From contig JAUCBJ010009081.1 of the NCBI GenBank assembly GCA_032718475.1, positions 24,550 to 88,549 on the forward strand: 64,000 nucleotides of DNA, given 5' to 3'. Source of the DNA: Nemertoderma westbladi. Lineage: Eukaryota; Animalia; Xenacoelomorpha. Numbering within the stretch: position 1 is the stretch's first letter; every line of letters starts with the position of its first letter. The notes below the pieces were generated by a model. That model saw only the letters and a program-made list of their open reading frames with translations. It ran no database searches and was not told where the DNA came from. Both the position numbers and the translations under genes were made by a program. Shown here one piece after another: positions 63,101-64,000 of the stretch.

Positions 63101-63472
63101 CCAAAGTGGATTTTCAATTTTGGTACGGGGTGATCGTCCGTCGGAAATTCATGAAGGAGAGTAAAATTAGTTTCTTTATCTGATGTAGAGATGAAGCTAC
63201 TGCTGGACTTGGGGAGGGATTTCGGTTAATTCGAGAAATTCTAGCGGCCAAACTTCTATTATGCTTTTGTGCGGAGTTCGAGACGAAAAAATTCGTAAAA
63301 CTATGATGAAACTGTTTTTTTTAGTAATAATAGAACTTTGCGCGATTCATTGAAGCTGCGGGGATGCCCAATTATTCTCCCACTTTAATCATCTTCATTA
63401 TTTATTCTTATACAGAAAGAATGCCTTTTACGCCGATTGTTCCTGAAAAGTGTCCAACCGAGAAACAACATC

Positions 63473-63651
63473 GGTTAGGATAGCGGTTAAACTAACTGAG
63501 GAACAAAGGTTAGGATAGCGGTTAAACTAACTGGGGAACAAAGGTTAGGGCAGCGGTTAAACTAACTGAGGATCAAGGTTAGGACAGCGGTTGAACTAAT
63601 TGAGAAACAATGGTTAGGGCAGCGGTTGATCCAACCGAGAAACAAAGGTTA
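63473..63651. repeat. ~35-bp minisatellite (ggttaggatagcggttaaactaactgaggaacaaa), ~5 copies
   Basis: Direct reading. Confidence 0.85.
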
Positions 63652-64000
63652 ATTACAGTCAGACAGTACTGTAGTACAGTAGTACAGCAGTGTTACACCA
63701 GTTCGCCAGTTTACTGCAGTATACTAGTATACTGCAGTACTGCTGTACTGTCAGACCATGGCCCACATCTGTACTTCAGACTGTTGTATGGATACATGGT
63801 ACTGCGTTTCAGGCTTTACAGTTCAGCAGTTTGGGTAGTCTAAAACCATAGCCTATCTACAGTATACGTATTACAATTACAATTACAGGCCCAAACCCTG
63901 GGTCACCAGGAAGGCCAGATTGTGATGGGGAGAGGGATTCTGGAGTTGGAGGCTACTCCCATGTTCCACCCCGACCAACAAAGCCATTGGTGAATCTGAG

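Overview
AT-rich animal (probably invertebrate) genomic DNA with spliceosomal introns; no CRISPR, rRNA or clear tRNA. Genes: (1) three phase-compatible minus-strand exons of a myosin light-chain kinase (MYLK-type) gene (10782-10662, 10319-10116, 2976-2835), plus a possible first exon at 29143-29095; the rest of the kinase lies left of the window. (2) An intronless ANKRD53-like ankyrin ORF (5669-4431) nested on the same strand inside a MYLK intron, with an RFX X-box upstream. (3) A plus-strand 3-exon secreted protein with two atypical fibrinogen (FReD) domains (11846-27306); its first intron holds an ~11.5-kb 36-bp minisatellite with higher-order structure. The right half is mostly mobile DNA: a >5.8-kb 41-bp satellite (ending in a 100-N gap) that arose inside a decayed RTE-type LINE; an intact two-ORF LINE (47357-41100) with a 24-aa repeat tail on ORF1, inserted into another RTE; a decayed BEL/Pao element with two nested LINEs; a Penelope fragment with a hammerhead-like motif; several TIR elements with TSDs; and a 311-bp near-perfect palindrome. 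All family assignments come from motif recognition by eye, not database searches.
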